NCBI GenBank assembly: GCA_048013815.1
Contig: CM106585.1
Span: forward strand, 1-64,000
Length of the DNA stretch: 64,000 bases
Origin: Setoptus koraiensis
Lineage: Eukaryota > Animalia > Arthropoda
Direction: 5' to 3'
The notes under the pieces were generated by a model. The model made no database searches, had not been told where the DNA came from, and saw nothing but the letters and a program-made list of their open reading frames with translations. This document shows positions 26,901 through 40,500 of the stretch, piece after piece. The translations under genes were made by a program, and so were the position numbers. Every line of letters begins with the position of its first letter. The first letter of the stretch is position 1.

Positions 26901-29900
26901 CGGCGATTGGTGCTTATAATTTGTGGTGCCAGTGAAAGGGATAAAGTGTAAAATAACTCATTACTATAATGTGTAATGTGCTGTTGTTGTTGGCGCAAAT
27001 GACTTTAGCCGAGATTTATCATGGGCCACGAGTTTCGTCACATGCAATCACATCACATTATGCAACTGTATTGGGAGTGTTATGAAGGGCACCAGCGTTT
27101 GCTCAGAATCAAATCAGAGATAAAGTGTCAATGGTGCGTGCCATGGTCATTGGTCAATTGTTGATTGTCCGAGCAGAGTGATGGGGACAAATGGTGCCCC
27201 AACTAATACTACCAATGCCAATACTACCGCTGCTAATACTATCGATGGGGGCCCTTTCTGTGTGGCTCTCATTTTGACCCTCATCAATTTGTAATATAAT
27301 TGAATGGTCAATTGGTCAGCCATTGGAATGGTAATCGAGACGAAGCTGGCGAACGGAATGGAATGGAATTGAGTTAAGTCAAGTTGAATGTAATCGAATT
27401 TAATCGGATAGAATGATCAGATGATTGCACGATTGAGCAGTTGATTTTCTCAAGTTCAAATTGGTTTGCCCAGTAGTGAGAGGCAATTGGCAACTGAAAG
27501 GGGGCCAAGAGATTAATATAACTCATATGATATAACTCATATGATATAACTTATATGATATAACTTATATAATATATAAGGGCGAGAATTAAAACGAGGC
27601 ACGTATTTGGGCCCACCAATGTCAAATGGTCAAACGGTCAAATGGCATTCTGTTATCCGTTGTGCAGACTGGATTTTGTGTTGTTTGCCTAGCCAGTAAG
27701 TAGAGGGTTGCCAGCAAGACTTGTTTACGACTACTGGCCTACTCTGTGCACTGTTGTTTGCCATGTACAAAATAAATCCAACTCACAGTGTGTGTAACTG
27801 TATCACTCCAATATCCAATCTAATGATGATGAACCAATAGCCACTTGAGCCAATCAATTACTGAATGCGGCGCACACCATCGCCAAATTGTTAGCCAGTG
27901 CCGAATGCATACAGTGACTGGCCGGTGACTTTTGATGCCGCTAGTAGTGTACGTGTTACGTAACAGCATCTATTTTATTGAGCTGATGACTCATTAAAGA
28001 GAAAGCGAGAGGCCAGCACAACAACAACGACAACAACGACAACAACGACAACAACGACAACAACGACAACAACGACAACAACGACAACAACGACAACAAC
28101 GACAACAACGACAACAACAACAACAATAACAACGACAACAACAAACGCGCTGTTGTGCCTTCTCGCGCTGCTTTTATAAATATTTCTCGCTGCCTGATAT
28201 AATATCAGTGATATTACATAACTGTTACTGCGCGGCATCTATTGATTGAAAAACAAAGGTGGCCAACCAATTAAATGGTCGCCTTCTTTTTCAATGGCAT
28301 TCGTTAGTTTTGACACATGAACAGTTTTGGCACGCGACACATGAGAAGAAGAAAATGGCTCAATGCGAGCGCCGTCGCGTGCAACCACACGACGGCCTAA
28401 TCCCGGGCCACCTAGATAAAATAATAACCAGCTTCACACTAAATTGGCAACAGAAATGGCGAGCTATTATTTTTGCTTCTATTTTTGCTTGTTGTCTAGT
28501 TTGGCCAGTGCAGAGAGTTTGTGTATATACCGCAGAGTTTACAGTGTAAATTGTGCCACAATTCTTGCTTGTGTGTAGTTGGTTTGGGGCCCCAAAGAGT
28601 GTGTCACAACAACGATAACAACAATGCCAAAAATAGCAACAAAAATATAGTGTCGTCACTGACCACCAATGTATCATTTTGTTGCTGGTCAGGTTGTTGT
28701 GTGGCTGGCGTTGTTTGTATCACTTACTACACTGAATACAAATAATGGCCCCAGGGCGTCTCACCATAGACTGAGCCATCCGATTGTATCATCAACGTCG
28801 TCATATTGACCAGTGCACCGCTATGTTTATATCATCTAATTTCATATATTTTTTTTTTATATCTTTATCTTTATATCAGCAGTTTGATCAACAACAACAA
28901 TATAAACGACGCCCCCAAATTGACCGTACTTTTGCTGGCTGGCATCGCTTAGCCATCGCCGCTGTATCGTTACAATTTTGTCGGCCAGCTTGGCACTGTT
29001 ATATATCTATATATACGAGCAGCAACTGTTATCTGACTAGTACTTTTGTGACACGAGTGGCATTGAGTGAATCATCTTCGCTCCATTGATCTCGCACAGA
29101 CATACGATGAGCAATCCGTGATGCAAGTCACTTGTGTCTCAATCGAGCTCTCTGAGAGCATCGAGCTCTCGATGGTCGCTATATGCCTCTCACAACTGTC
29201 AGTGAAACAACTGTCAGTAAACACTCTCGATAAACACTTGCAATAAACACACTTGTCCAAATGGGCTCTCATTAGACAGTTTGAGCTGGTTGCCAATATG
29301 ATATAATAATATATTTATAAACACATACTAACAATTAGCATGCAATTGCTGAGTGAGTGGCCACAGCACTCAACTTGTCAATTTATCATCATGATCATAG
29401 CCAACAAAAACAACCGATGAGATTATATTTATGCATATAATACTGTCATCACATTGATATCTGCACAATGTGTACATCCACTCAAGTTTACAGTATGATG
29501 AAAGTAAACAAAGTTGCTCTCTATGGTGTCTATATTGACACGACCATGCAACTAGTTCACTAGTTTCCGCCTCAGGCTCTCACTAACTGACATACTGACA
29601 CAATCAACTGACAAGTGAATAGAGAATCAGACAATTCCTATTTACAATCATTTCATTTCATTTCATTTCATTCATACATACAGCTCGCGAATGGCATGGC
29701 CAACATTTGAATATACTCGCTCCTTTTCTCACTACTTCAACTGCTAATTCCATTTAGGCATAAGCATATACTCGCATCTCGTATCCGTTTGTGCATCTGA
29801 ACCAAATAAACTATTCCACAAACTTGCCTACTTTTGGCCAATTGTTGGCGCAATATTGTTGCAACTCATAATGTCATAATGTAAATAATAACGGACCATG

Positions 29901-31665
29901 GATAATGAATGCAAAATTACAGTCGAGCTTCTTGCTGCCATCCTGCATCCTTTGTTGGCGCTGGCAAATGTGGCAAAGTTATCAAATAATGGCCATAATC
30001 AACATATTGCATTGACAACACCGCCACAGAGGATAATTAGAACAACTGAACTGAATTGATGACTTACAACAATTTTGTTGTTAGATGAAACTCTCATCGC
30101 AAGGGATAAGTTTAGATGTAATTTCACATTTTGGTTTTTTTTTTTCATATTCACACAACTCGCTGACAACTTTTCTCAAATAATTTAGTCACTGGCTGCG
30201 CTATTTATCGATAGCCCGCACTTTACATTGCGGTACTTTACAATATTTTTTTACAAAATCATCCAAAGTGAGGTCAACTAAGATTGTATAGATTGCAATC
30301 TGACCTGGTCACAGATTCGAGCGCAAACAGCGGAATCTAAGTTCGTTTCTACAATTTGTTCAACAACTGGCCATCAACTAACAAGCTACCCGATCTGGAA
30401 TATGATAGAATAATTAGAACTGAGTTTGGAGGCAATATAATGCAGCTCAACGAAGGATTATGAAATTTAATCATATCATTATTATTATTGGATTAAAAAT
30501 TCTAATTAACACAGTTGTTTAGCGAATTTAAAACGTATCTAAATGAAAGTAACGGCTTAATCTAATCACGTCTTTGTTTTGTCTCACCGAAAATAATTGC
30601 AAAAGGCAGCTACTCATGGTCGAGAGGACATAGAGAGCGACTTAGCCTTGCGACCATGTTAATTGAACGTTATGATTGCTGGTTACATTGAACCGGATAT
30701 CGTGATGCTTGATATCAAGCCTCTTCACGGATGACAATCTGCACATTATGGTGGCGTGAATTGTATCAACATCGGCAATTGCTTTAATAGTTATTTGAAG
30801 TTAAAATTTTGGAAATTTATCAGACCCTCACTCACTGTTCGTTTGATTTCGCAATTTTTAGGTCAACAGAATCGGTTGTTGTTTTGGCATTATGGCATTA
30901 TCTGAGCGACCGATCAAAGATATTTTAGGCCACAACCAAGCAATCATTCTGTTGGTTATTCTTGCCCAACAATTAGTCATTAAGTGTAGTGAGGAATTCT
31001 CATTAAATTTCTAAATTGATTTTTATTCCGACCATTTTATCAGCTGCCAATAAAGAACAAACTTGGCTTGCTCATTTCAGTTTCTTCTCATCAAATCCCA
31101 ATGTTAATCTATTTTTGCTCACAATCATCATATATAAGACATCGCCTGACTGACGAAGACGCTGGTTGCTAGAACTAACACTGACTACACAAGCGACTCG
31201 TATCTATAATTAATTTTGTAGGCCTATCTTGCTCATTATAAGCCTAATCAACTTCAATCAGTGGTGCACGAGGCTGATTGCGTCATTCTGATCGCTCGTC
31301 GTTGATAGCGTTCATCGTCTCGAACGTTCGTTTTTTTTTTATTTATTTTTGGTTGTTTCATAGGCGAATTTTTTATTGGGTGCTATCATTTACGAATCAT
31401 TTGTTAGCAGTTGTGCAGCAGTTAGAGTTTTAGAAAAAGCAAAAATGTCATTGGAATATCAAAATCTAGGAAAAACAATGACAGAGGAGACAATTTTCAA
31501 GAGAGTGTGTCTGCAAATAATGATAATCAGATTGTCTAGCTGTAGCGACTCGAGAATCTAATGATTTCGTGCCTTAATTTTGACCACTTTGCTCGCTTGA
31601 ACTTTAAGTTTTGCAGTGATCACTCGCATTGCTTTACGGCCAGCAAACAAGCTGATATTGTGATG

Positions 31666-31702
<37 letters not shown>

Positions 31703-34700
31703 ACGAGTCGAGAAATAGGAAACTGGTCTCATCGGTTCGACGATAAGCATCTCAAATAGATTTGGTGTTGGTGTAGAGTTGGCGGCAAGGCGAGCGATCA
31801 TCATTACATTTTATAGCGGCTCCATTGGCTTATCTTGATGCAGCTCACAATTCCATCCAACTAATAATAATAATAATGAAATGAAAAATATCGCCTACAT
31901 AATCGATGGCGCGCATAAAAGGCAAAACGCCAGCCAGCGAGAGAATGAGTTCTGTTGGAGGCGGCGGTTGTAATAGTTTTAGTTATATTAATGTGTAGAA
32001 TAGGAAGTGACTATTAAGTGGTTGTGGCAAATATAGTGGGACATTATAGTAAATAGAGAGTCGTTGCAATCATTTCCATGCTCTGAAAAGCGAGATTGTA
32101 ATGGACAAAATCTAATAGCTGGCCCCCAATTGCAGCCAGCTAACTGGCTGGCAAAATGAGGCACAATTGATTCACTTTGCAATAGAATAGAATCTTAACT
32201 GCTGGTAATGACACTATATTATGTTGCGTGGTTTAAATCAGCGCAGTGGGCCGAACGGGGCATTGTACAAATGCATTGTGTCGGCCCCGAAACTGTGACT
32301 CGACTCAAACTGAATTGACTAATAATGGAGAGCATAAATTTGGCCTCTATTCGTTTGACATTTTCATCTTATTTTATTGCTTTTGCTGGGCGCCTTTGTG
32401 TGGCAGCGAGCGCTTTTTAGCGTTTTAGTTGAAAACAGTCTAACCAGTTAGTTTTTGGTAGTAACAAGCGACAACTTGCTCACACAAAACTAACTAATAT
32501 TTTGATTGGTCGCAGCTAGACCGGGCGAGCTGTTGCTGCAGCTCGTTAGTTGTGTGTCTCGAATATCTCAGCAACATCTCAAATACGTCTCACCAGTGGG
32601 GCCCAGCAGCCATATCAATTGATTGAATGGGCTCACTTTCGATATGTTGTTGGTCTCCGAGCAGCGACAACACAGCGAAACGGGCCTAGTGAACTTTATC
32701 TACTATCCACCGACAGTATCCGCCAGTGTCCGCCAGTGTCCGCCAGTGTCCGCCAGTGTCCGCCAGTATCCGCTATTATCCGCAGCCACAATCCGCTGCC
32801 GGTATCCGCAGCCAGTGTCCGCGGCCACAATCCGCAGCCAGGATGAAGGTGTCAAGTTGATAATAGAAATAAATGGCGCCTAGCTCCATTGGCGACCTTT
32901 TATCTTTTCTCAAAATAGTTGCTCAACTCAGTGTGGCGCTTGTAATTGCTGTTGCCCGCAACTATTAACTGGATGACTGCGCCACCTACTGTATGCTAGC
33001 TGGTAAAAAGCGTATTGCACACATTGGTGTGTGTCTACACCTAATGATGAGCATCACGCAATGGTCAGTTAGGTTAGGCCAACAACTAGCGCCGGCCCAA
33101 ACCAGGGCTGGCCCAAACCAAGGCTGGCCCAAACCGACGCTGGCCCGCAACACATTTATGGTTACACACTGGCAACATTAGAGCTAAATGATAACTAATG
33201 TAACCATAGTTTTTATCTCTATCTCGGCCATTGTTGTGTGTGTCTTGCCAACTGAGTGCTGAACAAGTGGAGCAGCCGTGTTATTGGTAGTTTGTATGGG
33301 CACCACATTAGTTGGCCACACTAATACACAAACTAACTGTTACTGTTACTGTTACTGTCACTCTCGCTATAACTTGTACAGTGCTGTGCAGTTACACAAC
33401 TAACTGTACAGTTATACAACTGTGCAGTTACGTAACGCAGTTGGCACTATATGTAAATGTTTAGGTGTGCGCCAGGGAGTTTGCAGTGCGCAAAGATACA
33501 AAACTAGGAAAATGCCAAAATGCCAAAGTACGAGGGCACAAAACACAAAACAAAAATAGGCTGCCAGTTTGTTGATGCAGAAAGACAGCGACTGCGTTCG
33601 GACGTTCTCACATTTAGACGCTGTTGCGATGGTCAGAGAGACAAATTAAAATTGAGCGTATGTTTGCGTGATAACATGAATGGAGCCTATGTTGCTGCAT
33701 TGCGATATACGCTATTTACTGCTAGTCGAGCGCGACTAGCAGTAAACAGTGAGACAGAAATAATAACAATAAAGAGAGAAAAATAATCATAAATTGCAAC
33801 AACTAATTTGTAACTAATTTGCCATTTTGCTCAACGCGCTCGCTCCCTCAGCTGGTTTGTTGGGCGCGCTCATTTGGCGCTCACATTGGACCTGAACATT
33901 TAAAACAAACAACAATTTCTATTACATCACGCCATCATCTAACTAACTGTTAGTTGAAATTGTGTTGCGTAACTCGCACTATGCCACTCGTACAGCTGTA
34001 ATGTGGTGGCGCTGTTTTGCGCGTGCAGTTGTGCCGCTGACCGGCGCGTGCAGCCGCCGCAAAAGTGCCCAAACAGACACCTAGCTCTCGCTTGCTGATT
34101 ATTGCCCATTATTTATACAAGTGTTGTTGCATAACGGCCGACACGTGGTCGCTGTTGTCGCTGTTGTGCAAGCAGTTGTTGCAAAACAACTGAAAATTGC
34201 TCCATTTCGGACCTTATTACATGACATTGTTGCCAGTGCAACAACAACGAGCTAATTGCTTCATTAGAGTAAACAGTTCACTCTAGACTCGACAGTCCAG
34301 ACTCTGGAAGCACGTAGAACAAGCGCGCCCAACAATTAGTTTAGTTGCAGTGTGCGATTACGTAAACTCGAATCATCCCACTCAAATGAATATTCAACAT
34401 AATTACAGTCTAATGTACACAATGCCTGAGCACCTGTAAACAAGTGCATTCGACGTGCACTGGTGTCATTCATAAAAACACTTTGTTTATCCGCAACGTG
34501 ACCATTCTTACGTAGACACTACATGTATATGATAAACAAATTGCGAATGTCTAATTGAATTGTCCTATTCACTCTGTGTCATAATGTGATAATAATTGTT
34601 TTCTTTAGTCTCTAGTTATTAACACCAACTGTGACAATCTTATCAAGTGACAGTACATATAACATAATTGGTCATATTGTAACCTACAGTGATGAGTGCT

Positions 34701-37452
34701 TCTAATCAACAGCTAGCTTTAATCAACGACAAATAGTCAATTGTCACGTACAACTCTTATTGCTTGCGCCCATCTCATTACGTGTTGCACGCCTAATGAG
34801 CCACGTATCAACTTGACACATCCATAGACAAATATGACACATACCATATGTGACATTTATCATATGTGGTGTTCAATACATGTCAATACATCACACTAGA
34901 CACACAATTCAGACACACACTTGACAGACAAAATTGTCTATGACAGTTTTTTTTCATAAACCAACGACCGCCACGATACAACTAATTAATTAACTAATTG
35001 AGTTCAACCAACTAACTACAGACCATAGCATATTAATTATGGTTGATTGGTCTACATAAAAAACTAGATAATTTGTATTAAAAACCAACCAACACTAAAT
35101 AGATATTGCTATCTTGTATCGAAAGAATAATTCGGCAACATTGAGTATTGATTTGTGATAATGGCAAATTCAATAAGTTTCTCATGTCTGATCGTGGGAG
35201 AGCAAAAAAACAAAAAAAAACTGTTCGAGCGCGTCTCCATTTGTTATTAGTTTCATTTGACTCAAGTTACCCAAAGTTTGCCATAGCTATCTCAAGTTGT
35301 TTGGCAGATACCGGTGGCTTTCTCATCGATCAATCTACTCTGTTCGCCTGCTGTTTTTGTCTGTTGTGTGTCGTCGAGCTGCCACTGTCGATCATCCATC
35401 TTACTCAATTTAGGTTATTAGGTTTTAAAACTGTCACTTCCACTACCGAACTCAAGTGAATTTACCTGAGATATGACGAGGCCGAAGGAGAGCCACGACA
35501 ACGGCCCAGTTGCCCACTGTTCCGTAACTTCCCGTTGGCTGGATAAACAAATTGAGAGTAGTAATACAATATTCAGATATTCAGTTATTCAGTTTGTACC
35601 ATCAATTGCAAATTCGGGTCACGAGTAAACTGGCCATAGAACCGGGCTTGTAATAACTAAATTTATTAATGTTACTATGCAATTCCGTATTTATTTGATT
35701 AGCTCGCGCTATATTCCGCACTGCTGTTACTGTATCTGTTTGCTATTCGGAACTGCGCATTTCTCGCTCCAGAGAGTCTTTTCTCGCATCATTTTTCATC
35801 GCATATACATAGAATTAGAATAGTTAGAATTGATTATATGACTCGCAGTCCACTACAGACTGTCTCGAGATAAAAACTTAGCCTCGCTGTTTATACATAG
35901 TTCATTTAATTAAGCAAAATCGTCTGCTGATTGAGTACGATTGATTTTATCAACTGATTCCACTGATTGCTAGCTCAGTTTACACAGAGTTCAACCTAAT
36001 TAATCCTCTCAACTTGTATTAATTATCCCATTTCTAGAGGCCAAAAATAATATCGTTGGCGTGGTAACAGATGACAACAATAGAGCTACAACTGTTAAAT
36101 CGGTGCCAACAAGTCAATTTAGGTGGCAACTTGCTAGTGGTGCGAATAAAGAAAATGCAATCAATTACAATGATAGAAACACAATTAAGCGAAACAAGGG
36201 TAACAACATAGTACAACTAGCTCGAGATAAAGATGTTGTTAGCTTACTAGACAAAGAGACCACCGATGACGAACCCGATAAAGATTCAGACGGCGGCGAC
36301 GAAGATTCTGATTCCGATTCTGATTCTGGTGAAGAAACAGAAGCGAGCTCTAAGTCTGACAGCGATGATGATGATGATACTTTTGCAAATTCTGACAGAA
36401 ACGCAGAAGAGCAAAATGAGGATGCTGCCGATGACGAGGGCGACAATGATGACGACAAAGATAGACGAAACGAAGAAAACGATGAACAATCACAACAGGG
36501 TGCCTTAGAAGACAGTGACAAAAACGACGACGACAAAGACGACAACAATGACAACGATGATGAATATGATGATGAAATGAGGATGATGAAATCAGTGACT
36601 GATGAACATTCTGTGTGGAATAAATTGCAGCAAGCTAATTCGAACTTGAACTCGAATTCGAAGCGGACCCACACAAATGACGACGTTATTTCTAACAAAA
36701 ACAAAAATGTTGTTGCTGGCGCAAGAGATAAGCAGCAACAACAAGCAGATAAAATTTACCATTCTTATCACGATTTGCATAATCAATTGACGAATGGACG
36801 AATTGCAAACAACAAAACACAACTAGTTGATAATGTTAATCAGCATCACTATGACACAAATGTGAATGCAGCAAACTATTTAGTTGATGGGGCCAACAAG
36901 AGGCAACCAGAGAGTCAGCGATACGCGCCCAATGTTGTTAGTAATGACAGATTACTAACAACAATAGACAACAATGACAAAAATGATGGACAACAACAAC
37001 AACAACAACAAGATGAAATAGCAACAGCACAACAGCAAACTAAACATACTGATAGAGCTGAATGGAAAGTGTCAAATAGTAATGCCAGAAAGGAACAGTT
37101 TTCGCCAAGACGACACGATCATAATAAAGATAGACATGTCGATGAACTAAATAATATTGTTGTGCAACTGAAGAGAGATGGCGATAAAAAAGAATTATCG
37201 AATCATCATGACAATGATATTACAGCAACGGCAACCAACAACAAACGCAATGACAGGCGTCAACAAATAATAGACAACCAGCATCATGATGACAGTTTTG
37301 ACAATGATACAACAGATAATGACGATTATGATGACATCAATAATAATAGCAGTTTTGAAGAGGAAGAAGACGATCATGTAATTGATGAATTGAATAAAAT
37401 GCTGGATGGTATTTATTTATTGCATCAGCATCATCACTACAATGACAACAGC

Positions 37453-37510
<58 letters not shown>

Positions 37511-40500
37511 GCATTAGTAATGGTGACAGCAGCAATGGCGCATTTTTGTTTAATGGGGCCGATCAAGCCGAGAATTTATTTCATCTCCAACTGGAGCCCA
37601 TTTATTATGGCACAATAACTGAGAGCGAGCATGCAGTCGTACTGGCACCGGCTATTCGGGTGGACAAAGGTTTGTATAAATAGTCCTGTTGCAGTCGATT
37701 GTATTTCTTTATGATAGCGATTGTGTTTTAACTGTTTTTTCTTATAATACATTCATCAATTGTTTAAAAATTTGCATATTGACAAATGAAAAAAATTTGA
37801 AATGTAAAATTGTGAAATTTGTACGAAAAAAAAAAATGTTTGAAAATCGTGTAGATGAAGTGTGCGATCTTGAGATAGAAAACAGTGAACATTATACCGA
37901 TGGCTTTCCATTTCAATTAATTTGGAGCGACAGAATAAACGGCGAGCCAATTGTAGCGGCAACAAAACATTTGTCATGCGAGACGAGGAATCATTACAGG
38001 CTATCGTTGATAGCGATCGGTTGTAATGGGCAACGTTCAAAACCGTAAGTAAGCCATTTAGCATTACTCAAGACTGCTGTTCGATTGAGTTCAGTCTACT
38101 ATAATTGTTTTATAATTATTATGCACGTAGACAGTGATGATTTGCGTAATGCCTATGTCTATGATTGGTTAATTTGTTTGTTGGTGCTAATTAATTAATT
38201 GGATGAGTAGAGCTGCTACAAATGAATTGATGAGCGCAGCAAAGAAACAATTTGAGCCTCGAAAATGTATTTATGTTTTGTTTCATGGTAATAATGTTGC
38301 GATGATGACACAGATATTTTTATAGATATAAATTATATCATATAATGTCAGCCCTGAGACGAGCCTAACTAATTCTCAATCAAATTTCCAACAACAACCA
38401 CAACAACCGCAACAACCATCACAGTTCACTGGTCAATATAAAAGTGGAGGATGTCAATGAATACGGCCCAGAGTTTAGTGAATTGAATTATGAGATACAA
38501 TTGAATGTTATGGACAATAACGATGATACAAGTGATGGCAATACTACTCAATATACGTATTGGTGGACCGACAATAGTGGCGATGTATTGCTACGAGTGA
38601 ATGCCTCGGACAAAGATTGTAGTTTGCAATTCAATACTATTTGTCGTATGCAACTACTCGATCACTCTAATACTAGTAACAGTAATTTTGTTGTTGGTAG
38701 TGGCACCCCAACACAAAATAGAAAATTATTGTTACAACAACAACAGCAACAACAACAGCAACAACAACAACAACATGACAATGGCAACTATTATGACAAG
38801 CCATCAGCGTCACAATTTTCTGTCGATTCATATGGACGAATCAGATTAGTGAGAGAGTTCACAAACAATCAACTTAAATCACTAATCAATCACGGTTTTA
38901 AATTTCAAGTTGTCGCGCACGATTGTTTTGGCAGAAAATCACAAAGGCCAGCAAATGTTACAATTAAAGTGCAACGACAATGCAAGCCAACAATCAAAGG
39001 TAAGTTGACATACACACATGTAGTTGCGTCATTAGTATGTGTTTAGACTGTCGGCTTTACAATTAGTGCAGCGTAGAGTGTGTGTGTGTGCAGTCACAAC
39101 AAGACTTTGCGCTGTTTTGTTGAAAGTTTGCGTCGCCTAATTGATGCTTGTGTGAGACGAGATAGCTTGACATATCCAAGGCTATCCAATTAGCGTGTGC
39201 GACAACAATTACAAGCTGACAGGTGATTGCCAGCTAAAGCAGCCAGCTAGTTGGCCAATTTGGCCAATACACACACTGACTGTCAGCGAATGACACACGC
39301 CGGCACAGATTAGCTTTCTTGATAGGTCCAGCCTAAACTTGTGGGTCTAGCCTAAACTAGCAGGTCTAGCCCAGACTAGCAGCATCAGCCCAGACTAGCA
39401 GCACTAGCCTAAAGTAGCGGTTCTAGGTAGGCGCGTTTCAGCGGAAACGGTTACTCTTAATTTGCAAGTGGTCGCTAGGTGGTCGTTAGGTGGTCGTTAG
39501 GTGGTCGCTAGGTGGTCGCTAGGTGGTCGCTAGGTGCTGTGTTGCATTGGCGCGCTGTGAAGTATGCATGGACAGTATGCTGTGTAGCGGCTAAAATGTG
39601 GCTAGATTTATTTGGCCTGTCGACACGGGCACAAACATTAGTGGACATGCAAACAGCTGACAATTAAATTGGCGCAAATTGTTGTTGATTGTCCATTGGA
39701 ATGCGCTTTGGTTGGCATTACAGGTGAGACTGTTGATGTGGCATGTTTGTTATTTGCAAATGACAGGTTGTTGCTGTAGTCGCATACAAATCGCATATAA
39801 ATCGCTTATGACGCTTGTATCGGTTACATGGTCACATGATATCACATAAGCGATATAGCGAGTATAAGCGCCATTTATATGCGACAGTAAGACAGATAAG
39901 TGAACAAAACAGCCAGTAATGCTGTGGCACCCAAACTGTTGGCTGCCACTTGCGGCCGCCATTGTCGTCGACTGGCACAGACAACAATTGATTCCATTGC
40001 ACTTTATTTGCAAAATCACCATCGCCAACGGGAACAAATCGATCGCACAACGTATCGATTTGCACACTTACGTAACGGCTAACGAACGAACGCCAGAGAT
40101 AAGACGCTCTCTATCTGTTTCTCATCACACTGCCCTTTATCGCCGCCATGCACAATGGGTGCTGCTCACAAATGCATCTGTCACTATATTTATATATACA
40201 CTCGCTCGCTGTATATACTGGCTGCTGTGTACAATAAAAGAAAAAGTTATATAATAAAAATCCCTTTTGGTTTTGCAACTGGCAGCCTTCACAAGCCGCT
40301 GTTATCGGTTCAATGTCGTACGTAGCCTACGTAACGTAGGCACGGCAAAGCAGCTCGACTCGACAAGCCGCACCGACAACTAACTGGCAAATCTAAATAG
40401 ATATTGGCCATTGTTGAGCAGCAAAAGAATTTTTATTTCGTTGGCCTCTTCTGTTCGTTGCGCATCCTCTGATAAGTTGTTGAGCTGAGTGCGGCTCTCC

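Noticed and set aside
27956-28238. Poly-Leu/Ser and poly-Val ORFs
   Set aside because: Translations of the ACAACAACG microsatellite.
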